64,000 bases of DNA from IMG/VR virus record IMGVR_UViG_3300017950_001657; one strand, written 5' to 3'. Positions 29,402 to 39,980 of the stretch are shown here, piece by piece. The first letter of the stretch is position 1. Each line of letters starts with the position of its first letter. This stretch comes from an uncultured virus (IMG/VR IMGVR_UViG_3300017950_001657) (Duplodnaviria; Heunggongvirae; Uroviricota; Caudoviricetes). The notes under the pieces are model-generated. The model did not search any database, was not told where the DNA came from, and saw nothing but the letters and a program-made list of their open reading frames with translations. The translations under genes and the position numbers were made by a program.

Positions 29402-30615
29402 AAGTAGGATTTATTGGATTAGGAAAGCTAGGTCTGCCTTGTGCAGAAGCAATGGCTGTAAAATACTCAGTTACGGGGTTTGATATTGAAGACCGTGCTA
29501 GTGATAATATAAAAGTTGTCACAGATGTAAAAGATGCAGTACAAAACAAAGATCTAGTTTTTGTTGCTATTCAAACACCACATCATCCACAGTATGATGG
29601 TAGCATGCCTTGTATGGACTATGAGCCGCAGGACTTTAACTATGATCAAGTAAAGCAGTGTTTAACTGAAGTAAACCAGTATGCGAATGAGCATACTCTT
29701 ATAGTTCTTATTAGCACAGTATTGCCCGGCACTGTACGCAGAGAACTTGCACCTTTAATTACACAAGCACGTTTTATCTATAACCCATATCTAATTGCTA
29801 TGGGCAGTGTAGCATGGGATATGGTCAATCCAGAAATGGTTATCATTGGCACAGAGGATGGTAGTGAAACAGGTGATGCAAGTCTGCTTATTAACTTCTA
29901 TAAAGAACTTATGCAGAATAATCCTCGCTATAGTGTAGGAACATGGGAAGAAGCAGAGAGTATAAAGATATTCTATAACACATTTATCAGTGCAAAACTC
30001 AGCCTTGTTAACATGATCCAGGACGTTGCAATGAAACTGGGCAACATGAATGTTGATGTAGTTACAGATGCTCTCGCTAACAGCACCCAACGTATTATGG
30101 GCCCAAAGTATATGACAGCGGGGATGGGAGATGGTGGTCCTTGTCATCCACGTGACAATATTGCACTACGTTACATGGCTAAGGAATTAAATTTAGAATA
30201 TGATCTGTTCCATGCTATTATGAACAGTAGAGAAGTACAAGCACGTAATCTTGCAAACTTTCTATGTGATCTTGCCAAGGAACATGAACTGCCTGTACTC
30301 ATACACGGCTATGCATACAAGCCAGATGTGCCATATACTGAAGGTAGCTACAGTAGTTTGGTTGCACATTACTGTAGCGAACGAGGGTTTCATCCTATGA
30401 TTGTTGATCCTCTTACACATCCAGATCCTGGTCCTTATAGTGCAGTTGTACTTCTTGCTCACAATCCAAGTGTTACTTATAACTACATTAACAATCAACA
30501 ATCTAACAACTTATATTGCAAACTTAATGAGGACAGCGTTATTGTTGATCCTTGGCGCAGTTTTTCAGACACTAGTTATAAGGTGATTCATTATGGCAAC
30601 ACCCGTATTACATAG
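29398..30615 (+). CDS. UDP-glucose/GDP-mannose dehydrogenase family
   Basis: GLGKLG, STVLPGT and GGPCHPRD. Confidence 0.9.
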   Translation: MKVGFIGLGKLGLPCAEAMAVKYSVTGFDIEDRASDNIKVVTDVKDAVQNKDLVFVAIQTPHHPQYDGSMPCMDYEPQDFNYDQVKQCLTEVNQYANEHTLIVLISTVLPGTVRRELAPLITQARFIYNPYLIAMGSVAWDMVNPEMVIIGTEDGSETGDASLLINFYKELMQNNPRYSVGTWEEAESIKIFYNTFISAKLSLVNMIQDVAMKLGNMNVDVVTDALANSTQRIMGPKYMTAGMGDGGPCHPRDNIALRYMAKELNLEYDLFHAIMNSREVQARNLANFLCDLAKEHELPVLIHGYAYKPDVPYTEGSYSSLVAHYCSERGFHPMIVDPLTHPDPGPYSAVVLLAHNPSVTYNYINNQQSNNLYCKLNEDSVIVDPWRSFSDTSYKVIHYGNTRIT

Positions 30616-31114
30616 TCATATTGATCCTTTTTGGGACGACGAATATAAAAGTTTGTCGTATAAGTTAGAACCTTTTAACAATCGAGACGATCTAACTGAG
30701 TGGAAACGACAAGGATATGTACATCCTGAAAGTCATTACACAGGCTTCCTATGTGACATGCGTAGCCCTCAACCTGGTTGGAATGACAAGGTTATGCACT
30801 GGGCAGAGGATCAATTTGGTCTTAAAGACATAGGTACAAGTTACTATAGAATGGGTACAGGTGTAATATTGCCTTGTCATAAGGATACCTATGCAAAGTA
30901 TTGTGAGTTGTTTGATTTAAAAGTCAGTGATTGTGAACGTATTGTCGTATTCCTTGAGGACTGGCAGAGTGGTCATTACTTCGAGATAGATGGCTGTGGA
31001 AAAGTAAATTGGAAAAAGGGTGACTATGTTTACTGGAAAGGCGACACAGAACATATGGCTGCAAACTTAGGTACCACAAAGAGATACACACTTCAAATAA
31101 CAGGACACAAATAA
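30593..31114 (+). CDS. 2OG-Fe(II) oxygenase-like protein
   Basis: HxD...H facial triad and a distal Arg. Confidence 0.65.
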   Translation: MATPVLHSHIDPFWDDEYKSLSYKLEPFNNRDDLTEWKRQGYVHPESHYTGFLCDMRSPQPGWNDKVMHWAEDQFGLKDIGTSYYRMGTGVILPCHKDTYAKYCELFDLKVSDCERIVVFLEDWQSGHYFEIDGCGKVNWKKGDYVYWKGDTEHMAANLGTTKRYTLQITGHK

Positions 31115-32289
31115 TGAAACGTATATTATTACTAGGTAGCGGTGAACTTGGCAAGGAGTTTGTTATCAGTGCTAAAAGACTTGGCTGTTATGTTGTTGCT
31201 TGTGATAGCTATGCAGGTGCGCCGGCGATGCAAGTAGCAGATCAATATGTTGTTTTTGATATGTTAGATGGCGAAATGTTATCTAATATTATAGATGAAT
31301 ACAAACCAGATCTCATAGTACCAGAGATTGAAGCTATCCGTACAGAAGTCTTACTGGAAAAGGAAACACAGGGTTATACAGTTGTTCCTACAGCAAGAGC
31401 AACTAACCTAACAATGAATCGAGATCGTATTAGGGATCGTGCAGTTGAACTTGGTTTGCGTACAGCAAAGTTTGAATATGCTGAGGATTTAGAAATACTA
31501 CAAAGTGCTTGTAGACGGATTGGGTTTCCCTGCGTTGTAAAGCCTGTAATGAGCTCAAGCGGTAAAGGACAGAGTGTAATTGATGAGGAGCGTGAGGTGG
31601 ATGCTGCATGGAAATATGCAGTATCAGGCATGCGTGGCGACAGGCAGCGTGTTATTGTAGAAGAGTTTATTGATTTTGATTTAGAACTTACACTGCTAAC
31701 TGTAAAGCAACATGATGGACCTACGCTTTTCTGTCCACCAATTGGTCATTATCAGGAGCGTGGAGACTATCAGTACAGTTGGCAACCTGCACTAGAACAA
31801 ACTTTTACAGGGCATATTATCGAAACACATGCACAAGAGATGGCAAAAATCATTACAGATGATTTGGGTGGTGCTGGTATATTTGGTGTAGAGTTTTTTG
31901 TTAAGACCAAAGGCAATAGTCCTGAGGTTATCTTCAGCGAACTGAGTCCACGCCCACACGATACTGGAATGGTAACCATGTTTACGCAAAACCTAAGTGA
32001 GTTTGACTTACATGCAAGAGCTATACTGGGATTACCAATTGGTGAAATTAAACTGGTACGTCCGGGCGCAAGTCACGTTGTACTAGCACATGAAACTATA
32101 CATGAGTTTATTATAAGCGGTATTAACGATGCACTTAAAATACCAGACGTTGATGTAAGAGTGTTTGGTAAGCCTACGACTAGACCATATCGTAGAATGG
32201 CAGTTGTACTTGCACCTAGTTTAGAAATTGCAAAAGAAGCAGCCGGTAAAATTAGTGTGATAGATATTGCAAGTGATGCAGGTGCATAA
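31114..32289 (+). CDS. purT: Formate-dependent phosphoribosylglycinamide formyltransferase
   Basis: [32 protein letters not shown] and RRMAV. Confidence 0.95.
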   Translation: MKRILLLGSGELGKEFVISAKRLGCYVVACDSYAGAPAMQVADQYVVFDMLDGEMLSNIIDEYKPDLIVPEIEAIRTEVLLEKETQGYTVVPTARATNLTMNRDRIRDRAVELGLRTAKFEYAEDLEILQSACRRIGFPCVVKPVMSSSGKGQSVIDEEREVDAAWKYAVSGMRGDRQRVIVEEFIDFDLELTLLTVKQHDGPTLFCPPIGHYQERGDYQYSWQPALEQTFTGHIIETHAQEMAKIITDDLGGAGIFGVEFFVKTKGNSPEVIFSELSPRPHDTGMVTMFTQNLSEFDLHARAILGLPIGEIKLVRPGASHVVLAHETIHEFIISGINDALKIPDVDVRVFGKPTTRPYRRMAVVLAPSLEIAKEAAGKISVIDIASDAGA

Positions 32290-32891
32290 TGGAATACAAA
32301 ATTTTAGATAAGTTTGAACATGCGCTTAGTGTATATACTGGTGCACCATTTGTTGTACTCACTGATAGTTGTACTCATGCTATTGAACTTTGTCTACGAC
32401 TAAAGCATCCCAAAGGACCTGTAATACTTCCCAAACACACCTACATTAGTATCCCAATGACAATACACAAGTTGGGATTAGAGTTATATTGGGACAAGGA
32501 TTATAACTGGGAGTATGAATATCGTATTGCTCCTACAAATATCTGGGATAGTGCTAGAGCATTTGATGAAAATATGTATGTCAGCGGTCGTATGCAATGT
32601 CTAAGTTTTGGCTGGGATAAACGTTTGGCTATTGGTCATGGCGGTGCTATTCTACTTGATAGTAGGAGCGATTACTTCCAGTTAAAGCGTATGGCGTATG
32701 ATGGCAGAACGTTAGATACTTCTCCTTGGGAGAATCAAACTTATTGGCGTTTAGGGTTTCATTACAATATGAGACTAGAAGATGCAGCAAAGGGCATAGA
32801 TATGATGTTTCATCCAGAAGAAATGCCAAACAAAGAAAGTCAGTTAAAGACTTATCCAGACTGTAGCAATATTAAAGTTGACTTATCTTAA
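32289..32891 (+). CDS. Short DegT/DnrJ-like PLP-dependent aminotransferase
   Basis: DSCTHAIEL, DSA, SFGWDK (PLP Lys) and GG; only 200 aa. Confidence 0.7.
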   Translation: MEYKILDKFEHALSVYTGAPFVVLTDSCTHAIELCLRLKHPKGPVILPKHTYISIPMTIHKLGLELYWDKDYNWEYEYRIAPTNIWDSARAFDENMYVSGRMQCLSFGWDKRLAIGHGGAILLDSRSDYFQLKRMAYDGRTLDTSPWENQTYWRLGFHYNMRLEDAAKGIDMMFHPEEMPNKESQLKTYPDCSNIKVDLS

Positions 32892-32906
32892 TTTATATCT
32901 TATAAT
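32878..32906 (+). promoter_or_regulatory. Sigma70-type promoter for folE-yhhQ
   Basis: TTGACT-N17-TATAAT. Confidence 0.75.
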
Positions 32907-32933
32907 TAAAAAAATTACAAAGGAACACAGTAC

Positions 32934-33614
32934 ATGAGAAAGACTTCCGATATTATTCGTAATCGCATTCGCGAGACAAACACACGTTTTCATTCTAATG
33001 ATAACATTAGTGAGTTCATTGAAGAAGGTGAACTGACACTACTTCAACAAGAAGTTGAAGATAGATTCCAAGAAGTTCTCGATGCACTAATAATTGATAC
33101 AGAGAACGATCACAATACACAAGAGACAGCCAAGCGTGTTGCCAAGATGTTTATTAATGAAACATTTGGCGGCCGTTACGCACCAATGCCACGGGTTACG
33201 GCATTTCCTAATATGGGTTACAAGAGCATGTATACCAGCGGCCCTATTAGTATCCGTAGTACCTGTGCTCACCACTTCCAAAACATCGTGGGCAACTGCT
33301 GGGTCGGAATTATCCCAGAAGATGAAGTAATTGGTCTTAGTAAGTTCAATCGCATCATTCACCATATCGCTGAACGCCCACAGATTCAGGAAGAAATGAC
33401 TACACAGATTGCAGAAGCATTAAAAGAATATGCAAAGACAGAGCATATCGCTGTAGTAGTTAAAGCTGAACATCATTGTATGACACATCGTGGTGTTCGC
33501 GAACATGAGAGCGATATGACTACCGCAGTGATGTGTGGTGGATTTCTAAATGATCCAAGTGTAAAGCAGGAGTTTTACAACATCTGTTTGAGCATGAAGG
33601 GTCATAGTAACTAA
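32934..33614 (+). CDS. folE: GTP cyclohydrolase I
   Basis: TAKRVAK, STCAHH, GLSKFNR, QIQEE and HHCMTHRG. Confidence 0.95.
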   Translation: MRKTSDIIRNRIRETNTRFHSNDNISEFIEEGELTLLQQEVEDRFQEVLDALIIDTENDHNTQETAKRVAKMFINETFGGRYAPMPRVTAFPNMGYKSMYTSGPISIRSTCAHHFQNIVGNCWVGIIPEDEVIGLSKFNRIIHHIAERPQIQEEMTTQIAEALKEYAKTEHIAVVVKAEHHCMTHRGVREHESDMTTAVMCGGFLNDPSVKQEFYNICLSMKGHSN

Positions 33615-33628
33615 TCAGGGAGAAACAT

Positions 33629-34252
33629 ATGTTGAAGTTACTAGAAGGTGTAGATCGCAAGTTGGTTAATCAGCTTGTTATCATGCACGTAATCGTAATT
33701 GCACTTTCAAATTACTTGGTGCAGTTCAAGTTTAACCTGTTCCCAGGTGCTAACTTGCCATTCTTTGGTGAGTTTCCACTTGCAGTTGCAGCATTTACAT
33801 TTCCAATTGTAGTTGTTGCCACTGACTTGACCGTCCGTATGGTGGGCAAGGAAGCAGGCAGGGCAGTTGTTGCCCTAGCAGTCATCCCAGCAATCATTGT
33901 AAGTATTTTGGTTGTTTGGGGCGGCGGTGCACCAGTTGAGAAGGCACTACGTATTGGTGCAGCAAGTGGTGTTGCATATGGCGTTGGTACAATGCTAGAC
34001 GTTTATGTATTCCAGCATATTCGTGAGAAGTTCACAGAGATGTGGTGGGCTGCTCCAGCATTTTCAACAGTCTGTGCAAACGTACTAGACACTTATGCGT
34101 TCTTCTATACAGCATTTTATCCAGCACCTTGGGTACATGCTGTTGCGTTCAACCAAACAATTACAAAGATCGTTGTAGGGTTGATTGTGTTCCTACCAGC
34201 ATATGGTTTCCTACTAGGCCATCTGCGTAAGAAACTAGGGCGTACTCTATAA
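33629..34252 (+). CDS. yhhQ: Queuosine-precursor transporter (YhhQ/Vut_1)
   Basis: About 6 TM; SNYLVQ, AFTFP...TDLTVR, LDVYVF and DT motifs; follows folE. Confidence 0.85.
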   Translation: MLKLLEGVDRKLVNQLVIMHVIVIALSNYLVQFKFNLFPGANLPFFGEFPLAVAAFTFPIVVVATDLTVRMVGKEAGRAVVALAVIPAIIVSILVVWGGGAPVEKALRIGAASGVAYGVGTMLDVYVFQHIREKFTEMWWAAPAFSTVCANVLDTYAFFYTAFYPAPWVHAVAFNQTITKIVVGLIVFLPAYGFLLGHLRKKLGRTL

Positions 34253-34265
34253 CAATAACGCTATG

Positions 34266-34297
34266 AAACGGAGGGTCCGTGTTGGGCCCTCCGTTTT
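34266..34297 (+). terminator. Intrinsic terminator hairpin
   Basis: AAACGGAGGGTCC-GTGTT-GGGCCCTCCGTTT(T) after yhhQ. Confidence 0.7.
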
Positions 34298-34314
34298 CAT
34301 AAAGGACAACTTTA

Positions 34315-34617
34315 ATGCCAAAAATATATGAATCACCAGACGGTGGTATTACTATACGTGCAAGAGAAATAGGCGATCCTATTTCAAGTACTATTACAAT
34401 CGGGGGCTCGACCTCAACGGTGACAAGTACTGGATTTGGAAATGCAGCTAACATTACCATAACTCCTCCAACTGATCCTCTTGAGGAATATTTGCAACAA
34501 AGACTTGATATGATGGACAAGTATCCAGAATTAAAAGAAAAATGGGAAGAGTTTGCAGAGTTAGAACGCCATTACAAAGCCTGGGATTTACTTAATATAA
34601 AGGAAAGTAAAGTATGA
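34315..34617 (+). CDS. Hypothetical protein
   Basis: IYESPDGG N-terminus; AAGGA SD. Confidence 0.7.
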   Translation: MPKIYESPDGGITIRAREIGDPISSTITIGGSTSTVTSTGFGNAANITITPPTDPLEEYLQQRLDMMDKYPELKEKWEEFAELERHYKAWDLLNIKESKV

Positions 34618-34934
34618 AATGGTTTGATAAATGGTTTTATAAACAAAGTAAAAAGGCGTGGGAATCGCAATCTTGTAATTCAACCCCTAGCGTCGACGCT
34701 AGGAGTATTCCTAACGTCCCTACTCATGGTAGGCCTACTCCCAGTAATATAGGGGTAGAAGGATTAAATATGCAAGTTGCTAGAGCTACAGGTGGATATA
34801 TAATTCAATTCAATAGATATGATGGTCTTAACGACGTTAATAATAGTAATCTTTATATTATCAATGACGAAGATGATTTTGATACAAAAATTAGTAGTAT
34901 TATTAAGTTGGAAATGTTTAAACTTCCACATTAA
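34614..34934 (+). CDS. Hypothetical protein
   Basis: ATGA-coupled. Confidence 0.7.
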   Translation: MKWFDKWFYKQSKKAWESQSCNSTPSVDARSIPNVPTHGRPTPSNIGVEGLNMQVARATGGYIIQFNRYDGLNDVNNSNLYIINDEDDFDTKISSIIKLEMFKLPH

Positions 34935-35036
34935 CAAAAAATTTAAGAAACGGTAGACAAGTCTAGACTCTGTGTTATTATAAGAGTATGTTCAAGGTGA
35001 ACATGCTCTTTTTAGTCAAACTAACACGGGGTTAAA

Positions 35037-38000
35037 ATGACTTATAAGACACTAGCAAGCGCATTGCTCGCCACTACAATGCTGACAGCGTGTCAGGGTG
35101 GCGGAAGCGCAGTTAACACAGTAAAGCGTGAACTTAGTCCTACAGCGAATATCAATTTTGCTGCTATCTCAGGTGAAATTTCTGCTCTAGAGGCAGCAGT
35201 AATGGAAGCACAGGGCGCATCAAGCCTTAGTGCAATCCTTAATCCTACACAAGCAGACAAACATATGGCAGGAGACATTGTCAGCAAGATTGACAATGTT
35301 ATAGCTAGTTGGGATAGCCATAAGGCAGAAATGAATGCCAAACTCTTGGCAGTAAAACTAGCTGATCCTGACTTTCAGAAAGCTGAAGCTGTAGTAAACA
35401 TCCTCAAAAATCAGGTGCGTCCACTTGTTGTTAACGTAACTGAAGGCAAGGCTTACGATACTACCAAGTTTGTCTTTATGGAAAAGAAAGAATCACTGGA
35501 TAAGGTTATTGAAGATACTAAAAAGGATATCTTTAATAATGTTGTACCAACTCTTATTAGCTCAAGCACAAGCGCAGTAAAGGTATCTGAAACTACAGCT
35601 ACAAGTTCGGCAGAGCGTATTAGTGAAACCGTTGTTACAGACGGTGAGCAGACAGTGCGTGGCGGCACTGGAATTAGTGACCTAACTCGTACTGCTAGCT
35701 GGACACGCACTACAACTAAGAAGATGGTATATGATCGTAGCTGGAGTGTTACATTACAGAACGTAACAACCTCTGTATTCAGCGATGGTACAACTAAGAC
35801 TGAAAATGGTGCAGAACGAGAAGTTCCTTATAAGGTAACTCTTGATGCATCACCGCAGGTAAGTACTGAATCGCTATCTAAAACTATTGCTTACAGTGTT
35901 AAAGAAAATAACGATCCTGCAATTACGGTTACACGCGGTTCAGCGTCAGTCGAGAATGTATACGAAGATCGTGTAGAGAAGGTTACACAGAGTGATGGTA
36001 GCATTCTACACAATACGATTCGTAAGACAACTACAACGACTACCACGCCAGTTACTACTACTAAAACTTATCCTAAGATCAGCGTCTATACATATGAGGA
36101 TGGACACTCGTTCACTCATGATGCTACGGATGAAGTTATTAGTAGTGTGGAAAACGAAGTAGTAGTAACTACTAGTGAGTCCACTATTAACTCAACTACT
36201 GAACATGTGGTTACCAAGGAAACAACAACAAACGAAATCATTACTGAAGTAGTAGAGAGCGAGCCGGTATTTGATACTGTTTATGAGGATAAAACTACAA
36301 CTGAAACAGTTGATAGCAAAATCATTACAACAGTTACTCGTTACTATACCACTACAGCCACAGTAACAACTACTACTACCACAAAAACTACTCCAGTCAC
36401 CAAGCAGATTTGGACTGATGGTACTGAGAAGATTATTCGTGGTGACACTGTTACTGATGTAAAGACTGCTAGTACTGTTGCCAAGGATACCTGGACCAAG
36501 GTAATGAGCACCACAACCACAGATGCGCCGGCTGATACTACGCCTATTGCTGACGATCACCCGGATATGGGAACTCGCACAGCAGGTTATAATACTGATC
36601 CAACAAGTTATCGTACATCAGAATTTACAGGCACTAAAGGCGTAAACTTTCTGAGTGCTGTTAAAGCAGATGTTGCTTACTCACGTGGTTGGACAGGTAA
36701 AGGCAGTCTAATTACCATTGCTGATACTGGCTGGGACAGAGATCATACAGATCTTTCTAGTGCGGTGAAGCATGAGTATAATACACTAACTGGCGGCACT
36801 AACACTTTTATGGATGACAACGTTGGTCACGGTAGTCATGTGTTGGGCATCGCGGCTGGGCGTAAGAACGGGTCAGGCATCCACGGTGTTGCATTCGATG
36901 CAGACGTAGCTGTAGTTAAGGTGACTGACAGCACTGTTTATAGCTTCCAGCGAGCTAGAGCTGGCGCAGCATGGGCCAGAGATTTGGGTAGTATTGCTTT
37001 CAGTGCCAGTGCAAACTGGAATGAAGACAGTGCGTTCAGAAGCAGTATCGTAAATATCGGTTCTGGAATGAATTACAGTAATCACTGGTACTACGGTGAG
37101 AATGGATACAATGGTGCTGTAGACGAAGCCAAGTTGTGGGCGACTGCACTAGGTAGCGAACAGATCCTTGTGAACAGTGCTGGTAACTTTGCTAAAGACT
37201 ATGTATCAGGCAGTGCACAGATGGCCCATGCTACTGATGCAAATGGAAACCTTATTATGGGCGGACGCATGCTGATTGTTGGTAGCTATGATGTTACTAA
37301 CAATAAAATCTCTAGTTTCAGCAACAAGGCTGGTACTGTTTGTGCCACCTGGGACTTTACAAATAATCTCTGTAAAGATGCTGCAAGGGCTAGCGACTTC
37401 TATATCCTTGCTCCAGGCGAACGTATTGAAAGTGCTTACAAGGATGGCACAACTGTAACAATGAGTGGTACAAGTATGGCTGCTCCTGTGGTTACAGGAT
37501 CACTTGCTATCCTACACCAGATGTGGCCACATATGAAAGGTGAAAACCTCGTTAAACTTGTTCTGCAGACTACTAACAAGGACCTGCCAGGTTACACTGT
37601 GGAAACACATGGACAAGGCATGTTGGACTTGGACAAGGCTACACAGCCTGTAGGTGCAACAGGTATTCCAACAAGCGGGCGTACGAGTGGTGCTATTGCT
37701 AACCTTGAAACACTAAGTGGTGGCGCTGCTGTCGGAAGTATTAGTAGCGATGCATTTGCGGCACTAAGTAATGTTACGGTGCTTGATAGCTTTGAGCGTG
37801 ATTTTACAATCAATCTAAACAACACTCAAGCTATTGATACTCGTCCTGGATCGTCAACAGAAGCACTAAGTTTTGGTGCAAACTATGACGGTTATTGGAA
37901 TCTTGCTAATGCCGGCGAAGGCACTAGTGACTTGTTTGGTATTAGGACATCATTCAAGTTTGACCCAGATGCTAAAGCCAATGGCGACTGGGGCATGCGT

Positions 38001-38585
38001 ACAGAGTATGATGTGCATAGTAGCGAAGAAACTACTATTACTGCCGCACTTGGAATGATTAAGGAGACAGGTAAGTTCCTTAACAACGTTCAGGAAGGCT
38101 TTATGGGAGTTGGTGAGTCACACACCACAAACTATGCAGGCTTGCGTCTCAATCACAAGTTTGATGAGAACTGGTTTGGGTTTGGTAACTTCCAGTTGGG
38201 CATGACAGACGTTGAGTCATCCAAGGAGTTTAGTCTAGTAACTGGGTACAGCACCCTAGTAAGTAACAGTTGGGGTGTCGGTGCAGGTTACAAGTTTACT
38301 AACGGGTGGACTGTTGGCGCTAACTTTAGTCAGCCAATGACAGTTACAAGCGGTAAGATGAACTACAAGGTTCCAGTAGGACGTACACTTGACGGACAGG
38401 TATTATTTAATGAAGGAAGTGCTGATGCAAGTACGAAAAATATTGAATATGATACCGGTTTGTTTGTAAAATATAATGTAAACAATGTTGCACTTGCTGG
38501 CTATGCAGAGCATCGTAGCAATGTTGCAGGTGTCTCAGGTAACAATGAAGTTAACCTAGGCATGAAAGTGAACTTGAAGTTCTAA
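35037..38585 (+). CDS. Lipoprotein subtilisin (S8) protease with Thr-rich stalk and C-terminal beta-barrel (autotransporter-like)
   Basis: Lipobox LTAC; triad IADTG/GHGSHV/SGTSMAAP; amphipathic beta C-terminus ending in Phe. Confidence 0.85.
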   Translation: MTYKTLASALLATTMLTACQGGGSAVNTVKRELSPTANINFAAISGEISALEAAVMEAQGASSLSAILNPTQADKHMAGDIVSKIDNVIASWDSHKAEMNAKLLAVKLADPDFQKAEAVVNILKNQVRPLVVNVTEGKAYDTTKFVFMEKKESLDKVIEDTKKDIFNNVVPTLISSSTSAVKVSETTATSSAERISETVVTDGEQTVRGGTGISDLTRTASWTRTTTKKMVYDRSWSVTLQNVTTSVFSDGTTKTENGAEREVPYKVTLDASPQVSTESLSKTIAYSVKENNDPAITVTRGSASVENVYEDRVEKVTQSDGSILHNTIRKTTTTTTTPVTTTKTYPKISVYTYEDGHSFTHDATDEVISSVENEVVVTTSESTINSTTEHVVTKETTTNEIITEVVESEPVFDTVYEDKTTTETVDSKIITTVTRYYTTTATVTTTTTTKTTPVTKQIWTDGTEKIIRGDTVTDVKTASTVAKDTWTKVMSTTTTDAPADTTPIADDHPDMGTRTAGYNTDPTSYRTSEFTGTKGVNFLSAVKADVAYSRGWTGKGSLITIADTGWDRDHTDLSSAVKHEYNTLTGGTNTFMDDNVGHGSHVLGIAAGRKNGSGIHGVAFDADVAVVKVTDSTVYSFQRARAGAAWARDLGSIAFSASANWNEDSAFRSSIVNIGSGMNYSNHWYYGENGYNGAVDEAKLWATALGSEQILVNSAGNFAKDYVSGSAQMAHATDANGNLIMGGRMLIVGSYDVTNNKISSFSNKAGTVCATWDFTNNLCKDAARASDFYILAPGERIESAYKDGTTVTMSGTSMAAPVVTGSLAILHQMWPHMKGENLVKLVLQTTNKDLPGYTVETHGQGMLDLDKATQPVGATGIPTSGRTSGAIANLETLSGGAAVGSISSDAFAALSNVTVLDSFERDFTINLNNTQAIDTRPGSSTEALSFGANYDGYWNLANAGEGTSDLFGIRTSFKFDPDAKANGDWGMRTEYDVHSSEETTITAALGMIKETGKFLNNVQEGFMGVGESHTTNYAGLRLNHKFDENWFGFGNFQLGMTDVESSKEFSLVTGYSTLVSNSWGVGAGYKFTNGWTVGANFSQPMTVTSGKMNYKVPVGRTLDGQVLFNEGSADASTKNIEYDTGLFVKYNVNNVALAGYAEHRSNVAGVSGNNEVNLGMKVNLKF

Positions 38586-38597
38586 GGAGAAAAGGTA

Positions 38598-39056
38598 TTG
38601 AACCTAACTACGCTGACATATGAAAATGTAGAAGCACTACAGTTTGATACCAACCACGACCCCGTGAGACCCGAGCTTGACCTTAATTTTAGGTTGGGCC
38701 CGGGTCGTCGGGTTTATGTGTTGGAAACGGACGGTAAGTATCAGGCAGCAATTTGCGTTGCCTATACTAATGAAGTACCAACTACTGTAAAGGAACTTGA
38801 CCTTATGAGTCAGGCTGCTTGTCAGGAAGATCAACACGGTTCTATTTGCGTAGCATATACAGTTTGGAGTCGTGCGCCACGTGCTGGCAGAGACGTTGTT
38901 TTTCGTTTGCTAGATGAATGTCGTGCAAATGATAAAGTCAAACGTCTTATTACACTAAGTCCAAAAACGGATATGGCACGGAGGTTTCACTTAAACAATG
39001 GAGCAGTTACTTTGCAGAACAATACTGCAACTGATAACTACGAATACAGTTTATGA
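38598..39056 (+). CDS. Hypothetical protein, possibly GNAT-fold
   Basis: AGGAG before TTG; YTVWS...AGR...RFHLNNGA pattern. Confidence 0.6.
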   Translation: MNLTTLTYENVEALQFDTNHDPVRPELDLNFRLGPGRRVYVLETDGKYQAAICVAYTNEVPTTVKELDLMSQAACQEDQHGSICVAYTVWSRAPRAGRDVVFRLLDECRANDKVKRLITLSPKTDMARRFHLNNGAVTLQNNTATDNYEYSL

Positions 39057-39490
39057 ATATGTTCAAAGATAGGAAACGTGTAATCCTAGATCGCATTGGG
39101 CAGAAGCCCTACTTGGTTAGGTATTACTTGTTTCTAAAAGATCGTAAATGGTTTCCATTTAATGTATTTTTACATAAGTTTTTACAAAGCGATCCGGATG
39201 AACTACACGATCATCCCTGGCCCTACTTCACGCTAATCTTACGTGGGGGTTATTGGGAGACTACTCCTAAAGGACGCTTCTGGCGTGGTCCAGGACACAT
39301 GCGTTTTAGCGGTCCTAAGAGTCTACATCGTGTAGAACTAGAACCAGGAGTATGTGCTTGGTCACTATTCATTCCTGGTCCTAAACTACGTGAGTGGGGT
39401 TTCATTGTCAACGGCAAATGGATGCACAATGAAAAGTATTTTGAATGGCGTAAGCAAAAGGTGAGAGATGAAAAAATTATATCTGTCTAA
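39053..39490 (+). CDS. Cupin-like protein
   Basis: LHDHPW...E...HRV. Confidence 0.7.
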   Translation: MNMFKDRKRVILDRIGQKPYLVRYYLFLKDRKWFPFNVFLHKFLQSDPDELHDHPWPYFTLILRGGYWETTPKGRFWRGPGHMRFSGPKSLHRVELEPGVCAWSLFIPGPKLREWGFIVNGKWMHNEKYFEWRKQKVRDEKIISV

Positions 39491-39980
39491 TCGAGATATT
39501 GAAAAGGGTGTACATAACGTTATAAAGCAAATGTATGCTGACAACTGGCGGCCCGATTATATTGTAGGTATTACCAGAGGTGGATTAATTCCTGCTGTTC
39601 TAATGAGTCATCTTACAGGTATTAAAATGCACACACTGGATGTTCGTTTGCGTGATGGCGATGAACAAGAATCCAACTGTTGGATGGCAGAAGATGCATT
39701 TGGTATTTTCCAAATGGGTGGCATATATGAAGATAAGAAAATTCTTATCCTAGACGATATTAACGATAGTGGTGCTACATTCCAATGGATTAAAGAAGAT
39801 TGGCCGGCAGGCTGTCATCCAAATGAACACCGATGGGATAAAGTTTGGAATCAGAATGTTCGCTTTGCAACTATTGTAAACAATCTTGCAAGTCCATTTA
39901 ACATCGATTATACAAGCATTGAAATTAACAAAGCTGAAGAAGATACATGGGTCGTATTCCCCTATGAGGAGTGGTGGTGA
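39468..39980 (+). CDS. Type I phosphoribosyltransferase (purine PRT-like)
   Basis: GITRGG, ILDDINDSGAT (PRPP loop) and WVVFPYE. Confidence 0.85.
   Translation: MKKLYLSNRDIEKGVHNVIKQMYADNWRPDYIVGITRGGLIPAVLMSHLTGIKMHTLDVRLRDGDEQESNCWMAEDAFGIFQMGGIYEDKKILILDDINDSGATFQWIKEDWPAGCHPNEHRWDKVWNQNVRFATIVNNLASPFNIDYTSIEINKAEEDTWVVFPYEEWW

Noticed and set aside
32881..32933. Riboswitch upstream of folE
   Set aside because: The leader is only about 20 nt after the predicted TSS, A-rich and unstructured.
35560..36540. Tandem DNA repeat or DGR target in the Thr-rich stalk
   Set aside because: The repetition is at the amino-acid composition level (ACN codons), with no exact nucleotide units and no reverse transcriptase in the window.
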